Below the pieces are notes generated by a model. The model ran no database searches, had not been told where the DNA came from, and saw only the letters and a program-made list of their open reading frames with translations. This document shows positions 35,695-50,600 of a stretch of DNA of 64,000 bases, one piece after another. The stretch comes from Hydrolagus colliei (lineage: Eukaryota). Position 1 is the first letter of the stretch. Each line of letters opens with the position of its first letter. Location: contig CM068750.1 in NCBI GenBank assembly GCA_035084275.1, forward strand, positions 4,588,001 through 4,652,000, read 5' to 3'. A program made the translations under genes and the position numbers.

Positions 35695-38600
35695 GTAAGT
35701 TTAAGGAGAAGCCTGTTCTTGTAGTTATGTTAAAAGTGCCCGGTCTGCTCCACAATGTGGCTGCCTAGTACATCATCTGCAGAGGGTAGCTGTTATTCAG
35801 GAATCAGTAAACTGACAGTGAACTGCTCGGCTTTTAATCTAAAATCCATTGATCTTTTTATACACCCTGACACTAGGCAGTAATTGTATATATTTTATAG
35901 GAGAAATGTCAGGCAGAAATCATTTGAACAACAAATTGATTTAATATTAGAGTGCAACTGCAAAACAAAACATTGATAATAACCACATTTTTAAATCCCA
36001 GTTATTCACTGAACATTGCAAGTCAGAGTCTGTCACAGAATTGAGAATAGTGTATGTCGTGCCTGCTCACTGTTTTGGTATATTTCGTATCATTCAAAAG
36101 AGCTGTTTAAATTTTTTGACCATATCAGTATTGTTAATATCTATGTGGCTGGGTAAAAAAATGGGGAAAGCGTCAATGTTAAGGATATGAAAATGAGTTT
36201 CATTTCACCTGTATTGTGAAACTGTTTTTGTTTTATATGTTTGTCCTTTTTTTTCATTTAGGGTAAAACAGAAACCATTACAGTGGTTAAATTGTTGGCC
36301 TGCTTTGATGACCTTGTTGCTATCGGGACAGCGTCAGGAAGGGTGACACTTTTCCAGCTGGTTTCTCCGTTACCTGGGAGAAATAAACAGGTAAATAAAT
36401 CCCAGTTATAAACACAAAGGAATTGTCATATTTACTTCAGGTAGCAACATGATGCCATTGATAGCTGTTTGACATCAAGATCTTTATAATAATAAATATT
36501 ATATTATTAGATTGTCTACAAATCCCTTCATGCCCTGTCACCTCGCTAGCTCTCCGACCTGCTTCCTGCCCACTCCACTACCCACTGCTTCCGTTTGTCC
36601 CTCATCCTCTCTGACCCACCATCGGAGGCCGAGGTTTTAGCCACTGCGCCCTGAAATCCTGAAACAATCTCCCTCAATCCCTCCACCTTGCCGCTCCTTC
36701 CCCATTTTCAGATCCCACCTGAAGATCATTTTCTTCGACCGTGCTTATGAACACCTCTCCCGGGCTCCGCATCAGGCTCCGGCACTGTTAAGCACTCCGA
36801 GACGCCACCCCACATCAAGGGTACCATATAAATGCAACTTGTTCTCAGAAAGAAGAGAACTGAAGCAAAATATTTCCATGAAGTAGAAAAATGAAAGTTT
36901 TTATTTAGAAACTTAGAATTTTGGTATTTGTTACATTGTTGCCTAGTTTTGCTCCTTTGTTTCTCAGTTTTGCTTTATTTTGTGTGCAATTCTTGCTCCA
37001 CAGTTGCGTCGTTTCGATATTGTGGGAGTTCATAAAAATACCATCACAACACTGACCTGGAGTACCAACGGAATGAAACTTTTCTCTGGGGATGACCAGG
37101 GCAAAGTGGTCTATGCTAATGTGGACTTAGACCAGGTAATGTGCTGTAAAAGTGTTCAGAAGCCATGGCTCTATGACATTGTAGGTTGTGTATACATAAT
37201 TATGGTCAATCGACTGCTTGAAAAATCATACACTCTAGAAATAAGTCTATACCACTTGAATCTTGATTTTTATCTTGAGTGTCCTGTTCATTTTGATGGA
37301 GAGAAAGCCTATTTAGAGAAACAATGCTACTAATGTATATAGAACAGTGTTATTATAGAACTAAATACAATTTTTTTTCCTGGAATTTTATGTTAAGAGA
37401 ATTTTGTGGTACATTTACATTGATTCTGTGGTTTGAAAAATGCTGTTATTTTATAAAGGAAAATAATACATTGAATTGTTTAAGTAAGAACTAATGAAGG
37501 ATTATCTAAACTACTGAACAATGTTGAACAATTATTTTGCAATCCTTTGTCTCAAAGAAAATTATCACTTTAAGGGAAAAAGGCTTATTAATTAAATGAG
37601 ATCTATTTGATGTCTTGCACATCTCTGCACTTTTTCTTACAGGGTATTTGTAATTCCACTGTGATATTAGAAGAATCCACTCCCATTGTACAGTTGGATT
37701 ACAATCAAAAGATTCTGCTGGTTTCAACTTACCATCGTTCTCTCCTTATTTACACTGAGCAAAATATTATCAACCAGGTTGGAACACAGCCAAGAAAAAG
37801 GTAAACTCACCAAGCCAAATTCTATTGTCGTCAAACATGGCTCAGAATGCCAAAACACATTGAGTATAAAAATATATGAAGAGTGAGAATCATCAAAACC
37901 CAGAATATCTGTGCGTTTGTGGCAATGTCTGGAACATAAAGGCCAAAATTGCTTACTGAAAACGCAGTTGGATTGTCATCTGATGGTTCAATGTATATAT
38001 TGCTGTGTTATTGTTCTGCATGACTTCGAAAAATCTCTGGTCTGTGTCAAGGATAATTGGAAAGCTACAAAATGTTGCCTTCTCCGTGCTAATGGGATAA
38101 CATTTAATTATTTTACAATATTAAGTTTCACAATGATTTACTTCTGCTCATGGATATTTTTGATCTCCCTATCTCTAGTGCTGGTAGATTTGGAGCTTGT
38201 TTCCTGCCAGGCCTCTGTAAACAAAGCGCTCTGACTTTGTATTCTTCGAGACCTGGGCTTCGTCTGTGGAAATCAGATATACAAGGAACTGTTCAGTCAA
38301 CCCTCATATTAAAAGATGTATTTGCTAATGGAGTGAAACCATTTGAACTGTTTCCTCGCATAAGTTCACCCACTGGGAGTGACGTTGTTATAAAACCAAC
38401 CAACAGAAACCTTGGGCTATTGAAGTCCTTCTTACACGATGGGTGGTTGCTAAGCTGGAATGAGGAGAGTATTTATGTCGTGGATTCGGTCAACCAGGTA
38501 CGTAAAGGAAATTTAACAAGCAATGTTTCGATCACACTGTATCAAGCAATTGTTTTTCACTCCGGAGGGTTGGTGACAATATGCTAATAGAATCTTAACG

Positions 38601-41600
38601 CTTATTAATTTGTGACATTTGCAGGCTTTGATTGGTGGTTTGGAAGGATCCAGTGCCATTGTGTCTGTTTCCTGCACGGAAGATGAGATTTTTGTATTGA
38701 CTGGAGACCGTGATATAATTCGAATTTCCAACAGGCCTGAAGGTTGGATGGCGGCAGGCATGCCTGGTAGAGCAACTTCCTGTTTTAATCTATTGACATA
38801 GTTAAATGTACCACTTTGGTATGGGGTTGAGTCATTCAGAGCAGGAAAATCCCAGGTCTGATCAATGTTCTGAACGAGGTTAGATGATCTTATCGTGAGG
38901 TAACATTAGGGAACTACAACTGGCTCCAGGCTAGGGAAAGGAAAGTCAGCTAGGGTTCCCCCTCCTGATTGTTCAGTGTATTTCTGATGGAAAAAGTACA
39001 TGTGTGAATATCCACGAATTTTCACTGGAAATTTGGTCAAGGGTTTTTCCTTGGTGAGGTGGGGTGGATAGAGCCTGAATACTGAGTTGTTAAAATCTTT
39101 GCAAGCCACAAAGTTGATTTGAGGTTAACTGCTGTGGAGAATTTTCTGGTATTTTCTGACTAAAAGGTTTAATCTGAGACCTTTCTTTGATTCAGTGTCG
39201 CATTGTTAATGCCTTTACCAACTGAGCTGTCGCAGAAAGCCACAAGTCAAAAGTTTTTGTAATTTAGTTTTTGATTACATCTGGTATGTAAGCTATGCTA
39301 TAAACTCGAAAGTTTTATGCAGCTTCTAAATCATATTACAGCACATTAATCTTTGGTACTGTTTTTTTGAGCGCCTTGGGACGTCCTCCCAGCATGAAAG
39401 GCGCTCTTCAAATGTAATTTTGTTGTTGTTTGTTGTTGTTGTTTTGGTACTGAATAAGACAAGTGAGATGACTACTTTGTTTATAATTAAACTGTACAGC
39501 AGCACTTGTAAGCTCATAACACTTAAGTCTTTTATCTGTGTTTTTTTAGGGGTAAATTCACAGTTAAGTCCCCTACATACTTCGATGAAGACTACATTAG
39601 CCTCTGCTGAATCGCTTCATGCAATTCAACAAATAAAAATTTCAGTCCCAGAAATGCAACATGAAAACAGCGCTTCAGGATTTGATGCTTCCAAACTGCA
39701 GCGTTCATTATCTGCACCTTCTCCAGAGCCTGACCAATTCCAACTTCTGAGTACCAGATATGACATTGAAATTGAAATGGGGGATGAGGCAGGAGAAAGA
39801 AGCTGTTCATGGACAAGTGAGCCACGAAGCAGAAGCAGCTCTGTAAACAGTAACGTTAGTGCTTTCAGTCACATAACTACTCCAGAACAGCAAGTAGAAG
39901 GATTTCCCTCCGCAACATCAACAAAGAGTCCAGGCTCTTCAGAAAGGTTTGGTTCGATCAGTATGGAAGAATTCGACCAACAGCTCATTGTCGTTTCTTT
40001 AAAAAAGAAAAAAAAACGAAAGCAAGGTATTTCTCCATTGCACTCTTTTTTAAAAAAAAATCAGTAAGATTAGAATATATGTATTATTTGTCTTCACAAT
40101 AAATCACTGGGTTGTAGGAAAAATATGATTCTCCATGGATTATTGATTTTTCTGTAGCAGTTATTGGTAGTCATTCAAATAGAGAAATATCTTTTGAACC
40201 ATCAAAAGATTGTGCTAAATATTTAAGGTTGAAACTACTATCTACTCTATTTTGAGAGAGAGTCTTTCCGCAATACTCTCCTTGATCAATAAACACGATT
40301 AATGTATTTTAATGTCAGTGATTGAAATCTATATGCCTACACCGTTTCCATACCCTTTCATATTATCTTGGGAACTTTTATTTCTAAAAGTGCAATTGAA
40401 TATTCCAGGTAGCTCCGTAATGGTCCCTTTACAGTATATAATTTTTCCGATTACTTTTTAATGGACTAATATTTATTGATAGCATAGCATAAGTATGGTG
40501 CAGTAAGTTGGGTAATAAATTTTCTAATGATTTGGCAATAGTTTAATAGTTTGTCAGTTTTTATTTAAATGATTTTGTCTATTCTGTGTTCTATAGCAAA
40601 TTCTACATCAGAATCTAGTGTCGTAAAACCTGAAATGAATTGTTGCAGTGAATCCCAAAGTTCAGAGGCAACGCATTTAAGTGACTTTATTATCGATGGC
40701 TCCCTTACTACAACCTGTGACTTCTCTGACCAGATAAGTTTATGTGGTAGTCTGGATCATTTGACCACAGATTCTCCTGACCAGGAGAGCCAGGTTAGTG
40801 CAGACCTGAACAGTGTTTTGCAGGAAGAAAACAATTTCAACATTTCTGGCATCATGGAGAGCCCAGAATCCTTTCCGACATTACTGGAAGAACCTCTGTT
40901 CTTAGACAACTTTCCATTAAAATCTTCAGTGAACACCAGTTTAACAAACGAAGGATCTTCTTGCTCAAATCGAAATATTACAAATTTTTCTGGTTTTGAA
41001 TCATCCAATCAGTCAGACATTTCAGGCAGTTGCTATGACAAAATGGAAGATCGCAGGAACGAGGATCTGTTGTTAAATAGTCTCCCTGATGGAGAAGTGG
41101 CAGAGGCACGTGAGAACTGTTATGGATCATTATCTTGCTTACAGGACAGCTTAGATAATAATATGGTCAATACAACTACTTACTGTCATTCTCCCAGGGT
41201 AAAGCCTGACGATCCAGGACATCTCATGTTATCTGTTTGTGATTGTGACACTGTGCAGGAAACTTTGAGCGAGAGCTCCGAGTGTTATTTGGACGAGCGA
41301 CACACTCTGTTAATGAGAATTCTCTCACCAGATAAAAATCCAAGTAACCAAAGCAACTCATTTTTAAAACTCCACGTCAACAATGATGAACATCATTCAT
41401 TAGTTGTAAGTAAAACTGAAGAAGACGCAGAGACGTTTGACTATAATGATGATGAGGAAACGCAGAAAAAACACACCCAAGCACAGTTGTCTTCATCAAG
41501 TGATGATGAAGATATTTACGGCCATGGACAACTGCATTCATCATGTGAAACCAGTGTGACAGAACTCCACCGCAGTTACTGTGCTGGAGAAAGTCTAGGT

Positions 41601-44600
41601 ACAGTTTGTCAAGACATGACAAAGTCTGGCAAAGGAGAATTGGAGCGTTTAAAATCAGATCAGGTAAACCATAAAACGGTCATCTTTTGAAATAAGCAAC
41701 TATTGGTGAGATTTAATTCTCTACAGTGTCATTCTGATCACCTTTTCATGATCTTTTTATCTGGCTATTCATTAACATTTATGAAACAGCGTTAATTTAT
41801 AATTGGCAGCGAGCTATTGGGCTAATTGAATTGAGCAGTTCTGATGATATTAAACATGAGAGCAATGCTAAGCTGTTTCAGTGTGAACATCTCGATCGAT
41901 TCTTGATTTCAATTTCTCATTCTGGCAATTTATACGTTTCTCTTTAATAAAGCAGATAACTTTTCATTAGCTTGCAGATAATATAGCAGCTTGACTAGGT
42001 GATAGCATTCTTGTCTCTTGAGTCTGAAGGATGTGGGTTCAAACCCCACTGTGGGACAGTTAACTCATGTCATCAAGATTGGCACAAGAGTGCAGTACTG
42101 GGGGTATGTTGCATTGCTGGAGTTTCCGTCCTTTGGATGAGAAGGTTAAAAACCAAGGTCCCGTCTGCCTGCTCGGATTGTTAACGATCCTCTTGTTAGA
42201 AATCATAGCTCAGAAGGTAGCAAGTTGGTTGACTGAGCCTTGTTAGTGCTGGTTGCTAAAAATCCCTGCTTATTCACTGTACAATTTTTTTAAATACTTG
42301 CATTTAATATGGAATTTTATCACATTCAAAACATTTTACAGATTTTTTCTGTAAAGTTATTGACTATGCATTCGTAGGCACATGGTGCTGTGAGATACAC
42401 CAAACAGATGTGAATTAGGTTTAATAGCTTTAAAGAATAGGATCTCTATAGGCCTTTTGACTATGAGCTCAAAGCCTTCTTTAGATCCTTATTCGATTTA
42501 TTTTTATAATAATAACATTTATGTAGTGCTTTCCACGTCTTATCGATGTCTCAAAGCGCTTCACAGAATACATCAATGTCCCAAGGTTGGGAACAGAGCA
42601 GTGGTTGGGAGAAGGAAAGTAGGAAAATTGACTGTATATTTGTGGGAGAATTTTTTAATTATTATTATGATCTTAGCTCACATTACTCAGCTAAATACAT
42701 TTCTATAATGCAGTGCATTGTTGTCCAATAACAAACAGATCTCTTGCTGGATGTGACATACATTTTGAGTTATGGAAACTTAGCCGATATGAATTCTCTC
42801 AAATTCTAAGCAAGGACAAACTTCAATAACGTGCTGCTGTTTGCTTTGTTTTGGTAGTTTTCTGAGAGCTGGATGGGTTATTCTGGCCCTGGGTATGGTA
42901 TCCTCAGCCTGGTCGTCTCTGAAAAGCATATCTGGTGTTTAGATTACAAGGGCGTCCTGTACTGCAGCGCTGTTCATGGTGGCAGTCTGCGGTGGCAGAA
43001 GTTTGAAGATTATGTCCAGCAGGTGGCAGTATCACCATCAGGTCAGTGAGCAAACCTCAATGTCAATTTGATGTGTTCCATAAATTCATTCTGTAGTTTA
43101 ATCCATTCCTATTAGCTCTCCTTGTTTGTGGCTGAGATGGGGGTTAAATTTTTTTTTAATTAAGAGCGTTTTACTATATTTTTAATGTTGAATGCATTCA
43201 GTTGTTAAGCTTGTTATCATATTTTCATTGATCAACCATCTTGTGAAACTTAACGTAGGTTTGTGCAGATCTTGTAAGTGTCCTTGAGTGAGTAAAAATA
43301 ACATTTAGAACATTTTGTCCTTGTTCCTTATTTGGAAACCAAAAAGATTTGAGAGTGAGACTTTTTTTTTAAAAAAACCTGTCCCAATTATGATTTATAA
43401 TGGAACTAGCCCTTGAAAGTTTTTCCTTTTCAATCCACAGGCATATTATTATGGAAGATTGATCAAAAATCAAGCAAAGCATTTGCTTGTGGCAAAGTGA
43501 CAATGAAGGGAAAGAGACATTGGTATGAAGCTTTACCCCAGGCTGTGTACGTTGCCTTGAGTGATGACGCAGCTTGGATCATCCAAACCAATGGAGAATT
43601 ATATCTGCAAACAGGTATTTGACAAACATCTTTATTGTAATGCACTATACTTTGCTGAAGTAATCAGTGCTAACTTTGGTATTTTATTTCAAAAATAAAT
43701 GTAATATAATGGGGGTTTTTTTAACCTAAAATTCTGTTGTGCTCATTTGTGAATAGAGTAAACCATTCGAGTCATTAAATAAATCAAATAAAGAATTATT
43801 AAAAATGTGTAAACAGTTGGATAACCAGGGAATTCAACATTGGTTTCTGAAGAAAACTAGGAAAAGAGAAAAGCATCTTAGAAAACTTTCACTTTTCGCT
43901 ACTTGCACATATTTAAAGAGTGCCATTTTATTGAGGGAAATTAGTTAAATTTATGGTTTGTTTTTATAGTGCTAAGATAAGGTGATTGCTGAAAATTGGA
44001 GTATGAGATACACCGATAAAAATGTCAGAATCCAGATTGACTGTAAAATAAAGTTCAATTATTTCCAGATGGGTTTTGTAACTTTCAGCATTGGATTTGG
44101 ATTGCCTTTTTCCCTCTTGACTCCCCCATCCACGTCCCCCCACAAAAAAATTAGCAATTTAGTTTTTGCAACATTCTTTACTTTTGTACATGCTCACAGA
44201 GACAGTCAGAGACTATAAAGTATAGAAAAAGTGGATAAATTAATATTTGGGAGTTTTTTGTTTCATTAGCTTTTGGGGTTCACAGTACAGTTATTCAAAA
44301 TTCCAGGAGCTGAGGTTTATTGACTTTTTCTGAATATATACTTAATCTTTGGAACTCCATCAGCTCCTCCATCTCATCACTGTGACTATTTTTATAAGCC
44401 ACCCGAAAACCTACTTTTCTGCCGTGCTTTAGAGTCAACTCCCCTTTGCCCTTACTTGCTGTCTGGCACCATCTGTGTAAAGTATTTAAAGATGTTACTC
44501 TACATGAAGTGGAATACATAACTGCTGTTAGCTAGGTTCAGACTCCTCATAGTACTCATATAAACAGAAAGAGGTTTCCTCTTATCTGTCCCAATTTGGG

Positions 44601-47600
44601 TTACAACCTGGTTACAACAAGTAAAGATCTATCGCACTGATTTACCAGTCCCCTATTTATTTTGTGTACATTTAATTACCCTCCATTCAAATTATAGGTG
44701 GTGGAATTATTAAAGTGTTGATCTACTGCTAAATCAATACATTTTACGAGAACAAGAATTAACAGAGCAATAATGTGTTATTGCTAATAGCAATTGTTTT
44801 AGCTTGTCAATTTTAAGTTTCTATGTGCCTCTTAAGTATATATTTATAAAGGTCAAAAAGGGATGTGTGTTTAATTACTCTAGGTTTATTTTTATAATTA
44901 TGAAAGCAGATATCTATGCAGTTGTGTGTGTCCCTGTCCAGTCATTTCTCAATGTTTTAATAATAACAATCCTTGCATTTGATATAACACTTGTCACGTC
45001 TTCCAGACGTCTCAAAGTGCTTCACAGAATATACTGTAAATTGACTGTGTACTCGTGGGTGACACTTGGTAGGCAATTGTACACAGCAGTGTCCCACAAA
45101 CAGCCAAGGATTGAAATTACCAATTTATTATTGTGTGTTCTTTTGAGGGACTATTCTTAGGCGTGTGTAACAAGGAAACTTGCCCGGGGTTTCGCCCTGC
45201 CTTGAATTGAACCCAGGTTTCTTGCTTGCAAGGCAAGTACTCTAATCACTGAGCTACAGGACTTTATTTTGTATCCAAGGGCTTAGGACAGCCTGGGGAT
45301 GGACATTTTAAACCTCACCCCTGCTGTGACATCAGGCTTTAAGCAGTGGAACCATTGTGACTGGAAACTTTATGGTGCAATAACAGGTTGGGTGAACTGT
45401 ATAAAAGCCTTCACAGTTCTGAAATCTAAAATAGGGTAATCATGGTGACTGAGAGCCACAGGAACATTTATCGAGGCTTCCTTTAAAACATGTCCAATTA
45501 CAGGACAATCCGGTAGACTATGTTTCTCCTTTAATTAAAAACAGAGTGTTTCTCTGGCTTCTCCACTGGGACATCTTTCAATAGGGGCAGGATAAAGGAA
45601 TTGCAATTTCACGGTCTCACCCACCTTATTCTGGCCCCATTTCCTTGGCAACATGTAGTGCAGACTGAGTTGTGATAGGTTTACAATAATGTCCGTCACT
45701 ATAGACTGGCCTAAAGAGAGACAGACAGAGCATATGTTCTACATTACTTTGAAGAAAAAGAGAAGTTGCCCCCTTTTTAAAAAAAATCAAACAGCTGGAA
45801 CTCTATTTTACAGTTGATAAATTAAACTAGGATTTTGTGGAGGAAATTGTTGATGTTTATTTTTGATTTCAATATTTTCTTCTCTGCATTTTACAAGAGA
45901 TTTGCTCTTGTTCGCTCTCCATCCACTACTTTCTTCAACAAGGAAGAAAAGCTTGTCTTGCCTACAGATCCTCCTGTGTCTGCTTTGATCAGATAACTAA
46001 TTGTGCATTTCTGGAAGACATGACTGTTCCTACAAACCTGTTTTTCGTTCTTTATTGTTGCTCCATATCAATTAAGTCTGGGTGTTGTTCAAGGAGAACA
46101 AGTTACAAACCGAGTTTCATTTTTCCATAGAATGGTTTCTTTTCTAATCAGGGAAAACATATTAACCTTACTACACCACATTATCCTTATAAACCTGTAT
46201 TTTTTTAACGGAATTTGACCCTTAAATAGCATCCCAGCCTACCTATTCTCCATCAGTTTTATACATATTCTGAGATGAATTGTAACACTGGTAATAATAC
46301 TGTTCCAATATTACTAATGTTAATAATTGAATATTACTGAATTATAAAATTAGCCACCAAAATATATTTTTACTTATAAAATAAATTAAAAATGCTTGTT
46401 TCTCCTTGTCTATTTTAATTGTAATTAAAGTCTGTCTGATATTTAAGATTTACGGGTTAACTGGGCACTTCTGCCCTAATTCACAGTTTCTATGTTGTCA
46501 GACCAAAAGTAATTATTTCAAAGGCAAGTTTAAGTTGTTTTCACTTCACGCCACTTATAATGTTGTTTGCAACCACCACATCATCCCCTTGCTGCAGTGA
46601 AAAATAGATAACTGACACTGATTTACCAGTAATTCAATCATAAACCATTTTTAGGCTCAAGATTTATTAACATCACGAGAACATCAAGGTCAAATTAATG
46701 CATAGATCCTCACTGTTACTACTTTTACATATTGATATTTTATATACGTGTTGAGTGTTATTTGCCTGTTTATTTATATGAACAATATTACATTAACTGC
46801 CCTAGGAACCAGTTGTAACAACTAAATTGAGGTTTGTACAAGGCTTTTTTTGTTTTAACACATTCATTTTGGTTAAGTAGTACTTTGAATGCAAATAGCA
46901 GGATAAAGATGGATTGTTTTTAAAAGGTGAAAATGACACCAGCCATCTTCCTTAGTGCAATAGTTTTGTAGATGCAGACTTCGCTCAGTTTGCAACTGAG
47001 CTATGAAGAAAGGAAAGATGCCAGGATTCACTCCTTGTCTGTGCTGTTTGCTGAACTTGGCTGGAAAGTGCAAGATTAGCATCTCTGTGTTAGGGTGTGC
47101 AAACCACAATCCAATGGTTTCTGCTTGAAAACCCATGTTCCCCTCCATTCCCCCTCCCCCAACATGGCTACATAGCCTGCTGAAACTTACTGTTGATTTG
47201 CAGATGAAGGCTGCTTATGTGAGGTGCAAGAGGGGTCAGGACACTGGATTTTTACCAGCAAGCCAATGTGTTGGATGTGAATTATATCAGAATGTGGATG
47301 CGCTTCTCTTGGAAGAGAACAGTCAGGTCTTTTCCCGACCTGACTGTTCAGCGCCTTGGGACGTCCTCCCGACGTGAAAGGCGCTCTAGAAATGTAATTT
47401 TGCTGTTGTTGTTGTTGTCTGCCATAAATAATTTAATTATTTAATTGTCTTTAGGCCTCAGCGCAGATCGTCCTTGTGCCCGAGCAGTGAAGGTGGATTG
47501 CTCATACCCACTCGTGCAAATTACTTCAAGGAATAATGTGGTGTGGGCACTGACTGAGCAGAGAGCTGTTCTCTTCAGGCATGGCATCAGCAGCCTTTGT

Positions 47601-50600
47601 CCAGAGGGGGAACAATGGCTGTGTGATATTGTAAGGTGGGAGCATTTAATTGTCAGTGTCAAATACTATTTCAGATCATGTTTTTTTTAAATTATCCATT
47701 CTGCCTTATTTGTGTGATTTGGTATCCACCTTTGTGAATGCACTTACGGTATTAGAAATTACTCAGATATCCATCTGTAAAATAATATTTTGTTCTCTTA
47801 TGAATTTCTCATAATCACTTTGATTTTTTTTCAAACATTTGGTATTTCTTGTTGCTCCTTTTATTTCTATGCCCCCCCCCCCCCCCCCCACCCCCACAAA
47901 AAAAATTATCTCCTGAAGATGCAAGCGATGCTGGAATCTGGTTTCATTGGTGCCTGAGACATGCAGTACCTTGCTGAATTGTCCATCCTTTAAAGTGGAT
48001 GCCAAAGCATTAAGTTCTTCAAATGAATTAATTTAGCACAAGATATGTTTTTGTATGGCTCAGTAATGTGATGCTATATTTGTCCACTGAGCCATCTGGG
48101 GAAACTCACTAGCTATAATGAATTACATCTTGCTTAAAAATTTGATGACATCTTGTTATATTTGTAATTCATGGATCATTTCCCTGAAAGAGGAGGGATT
48201 TTGTGATTCCATGACCAACCAAAAAGGAAAGCAGTTGTGCCTTCACACATGCTGTGTTCTCACACTCGGACTACTTTTGAGCAGGTGGTAGACATACACA
48301 GTAAGCAGGTTAAAGGTTAATTTGTCTCGTTGCTTGTCTGAATTTCTACCTCCTTGACTAGCAATGTAAATATATACATTATTATAAATTGTCATCTCTG
48401 GCAAGAATTAAAATGAGGAATCTGTCTCCAGCCAGCAGCTCCTGAGGCTTCATGCCAACCTTGGAGCAATTTATAATCTTGTTTAATAATTGGACCATCA
48501 AGGAATTTTCCATTGATTGTTTTAATCGCATGCTATGGATGTAAAACATACTACAAGCTATGTTTCTTAACACTGAAAACAATTGGTTTTGAGCTTACAC
48601 AGCCTGTGATTTTTATTATTAATTCCTATTAAAGCACATGCATATTTTAAAGCAGGCGCCACTCCATCATACAGAAGGGAGCTCATGTGACAAGTTGAAA
48701 TGTATTAAAGCCCCTCTGGTATCTTTCGTCTTCATTAATAAAAATGAAATTGTTATGCTTTATTTAAAAGAGAATACTCAATGTGGAATTCTACTCATGA
48801 GGAAGAATGTTAGATCGCTGGGGAATTTCTCACAAATGAAATTTTCCATTCCAGTTTTCCCTGTGGATTCCTCACTGAACATTCAAAATCTCCCCGAATC
48901 ACTAAAACTGAGAGAATTGTGATATTTAAAGAGGAAATGTGTTCCAATGAACAGTCCTGTGATTCTAAATGAATATGTCTAATGCCGGCGGTGTCTCATT
49001 TGTCGCTCACTAACTTTGTTGAGTTAGTTTTGTCCATTAAGATTACTGTGCTAGCTGCGCATTCTATGCAACAACAGATTTTACTCTCATGAATAAAAAT
49101 GGTTGCCTGTGAACAGCATTTTCTATTTATGGTGCTACTAGTGTAGAACATGATGCAGTCAACTTACAGGGAAATATATTTTTTAAAATACTCTTCAACT
49201 GCCTTTAACCAGCAGTTCAACATGGTAACAAGTACCTGAATAATACCAAAAGATGTCCATAAACCTCCAGTTATAACATTGAAGGATTATGGGGCTGATC
49301 AAAAGAATATACCTGAATTATATATTTCATTGATGGACAACCTAGTCTGTCATCTTCATGATGCCGCAATACTTTAAAATAATTTTAAAGCATTCAGATA
49401 GATGCAATTTCTGAACTAATAAGTTCTGTGCCAGAATAGTAGTTAAGCGCTCTGAAACGCTACCCGGCATGGAGGGTGCTATATAAGTGCAAGTTGTTGT
49501 TGTAAGGGAAGTCTAGTATTTGTTTTCACATAAACCTTTTTGTTTGACAGTGAAAGGCAGATGCTAGAGCCAGTGTGTGTAGCACTGGGAGATCAGCAGA
49601 CTGCCTGGGCATTAGACACCAATGGCAATCTCTGGTTCAGGAGTGGTATCACCTCAAAGAAACCACAAGGTGAAGATGATCACTGGTGGCAGGTAAGACC
49701 TGAGTCAAACGGAAAATGCATTGAAGAGTTTTCTATTGTTTCATTTGATTATTATCAAAATAATGATACAACTGCACAATAAGTTCCGTTGTGATTTATT
49801 TAAAATGCTGGTTTTATAATTAGGAGATTTAACATTGACCCTGAAACCTAAAAGTTCATTAAATACTATTAAATTCTTACTTAATTTGCGAGTACAGTAA
49901 TTTGAAAACATGCTGTAAAGTATTGACAGCACATACACACTTTTAACCTCTGAGTCAATAATATTTCCTAAACATTCTCATCTGGACATCTAGAAGCAAC
50001 AACAACTTGTGCTTGTATAGACAGGCAGCCTTGCGGAGAGCTTAAAAAAGGAAAAGGGGGAGTTTCAGAGAGACTATAGATTTGGTGGGACTATTCAGTA
50101 CAGAGCAAAAACACAGTCTCCAAACATTTGGGAGTACATTCCCCCACATGGCAACCCCTCCATCAGCAGTTTCTTCAATGAGTTATGTTAGGAGACAACC
50201 TATCTGCCTCCCAGAATAGCTATATTTAATTGGATGGAAGTTAGTGCTCTATACAGGCCTGGAGCACCCAAAAAGCACAAAAGCACCCAAGGAATTTAAT
50301 ACTGGCTAAGAAATGCTGTGTATACATCCAGAACTAACATTTTTCTGGCTAAAGACGCTTCTGGATGGATGCAAAATATCTAGACATTGATAGGATAAGT
50401 AAGACAAATATAAATGATTGTGAACTGGAAGAGTGTTTCAACGTTTATAATAAATAATAATAACAATCCTTGCATTTGATATAGCGCTTTACACGTCTTC
50501 TAGACATCTCAAAGCACTTCACAGAATAAACTGTAAAGTGAATTGACTGGTTTGTTTCCTTTAATGTGTCAGTTAATCTTGTGTATTACAAAATGAGTGT

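Noticed and set aside
47204-47326. Possible cassette exon in TECPR2 (ttgcag|ATGAAG...CAG|gtcttt)
   Set aside because: Contains a stop in the incoming phase, has a weak donor, and the flanking exons already join in frame
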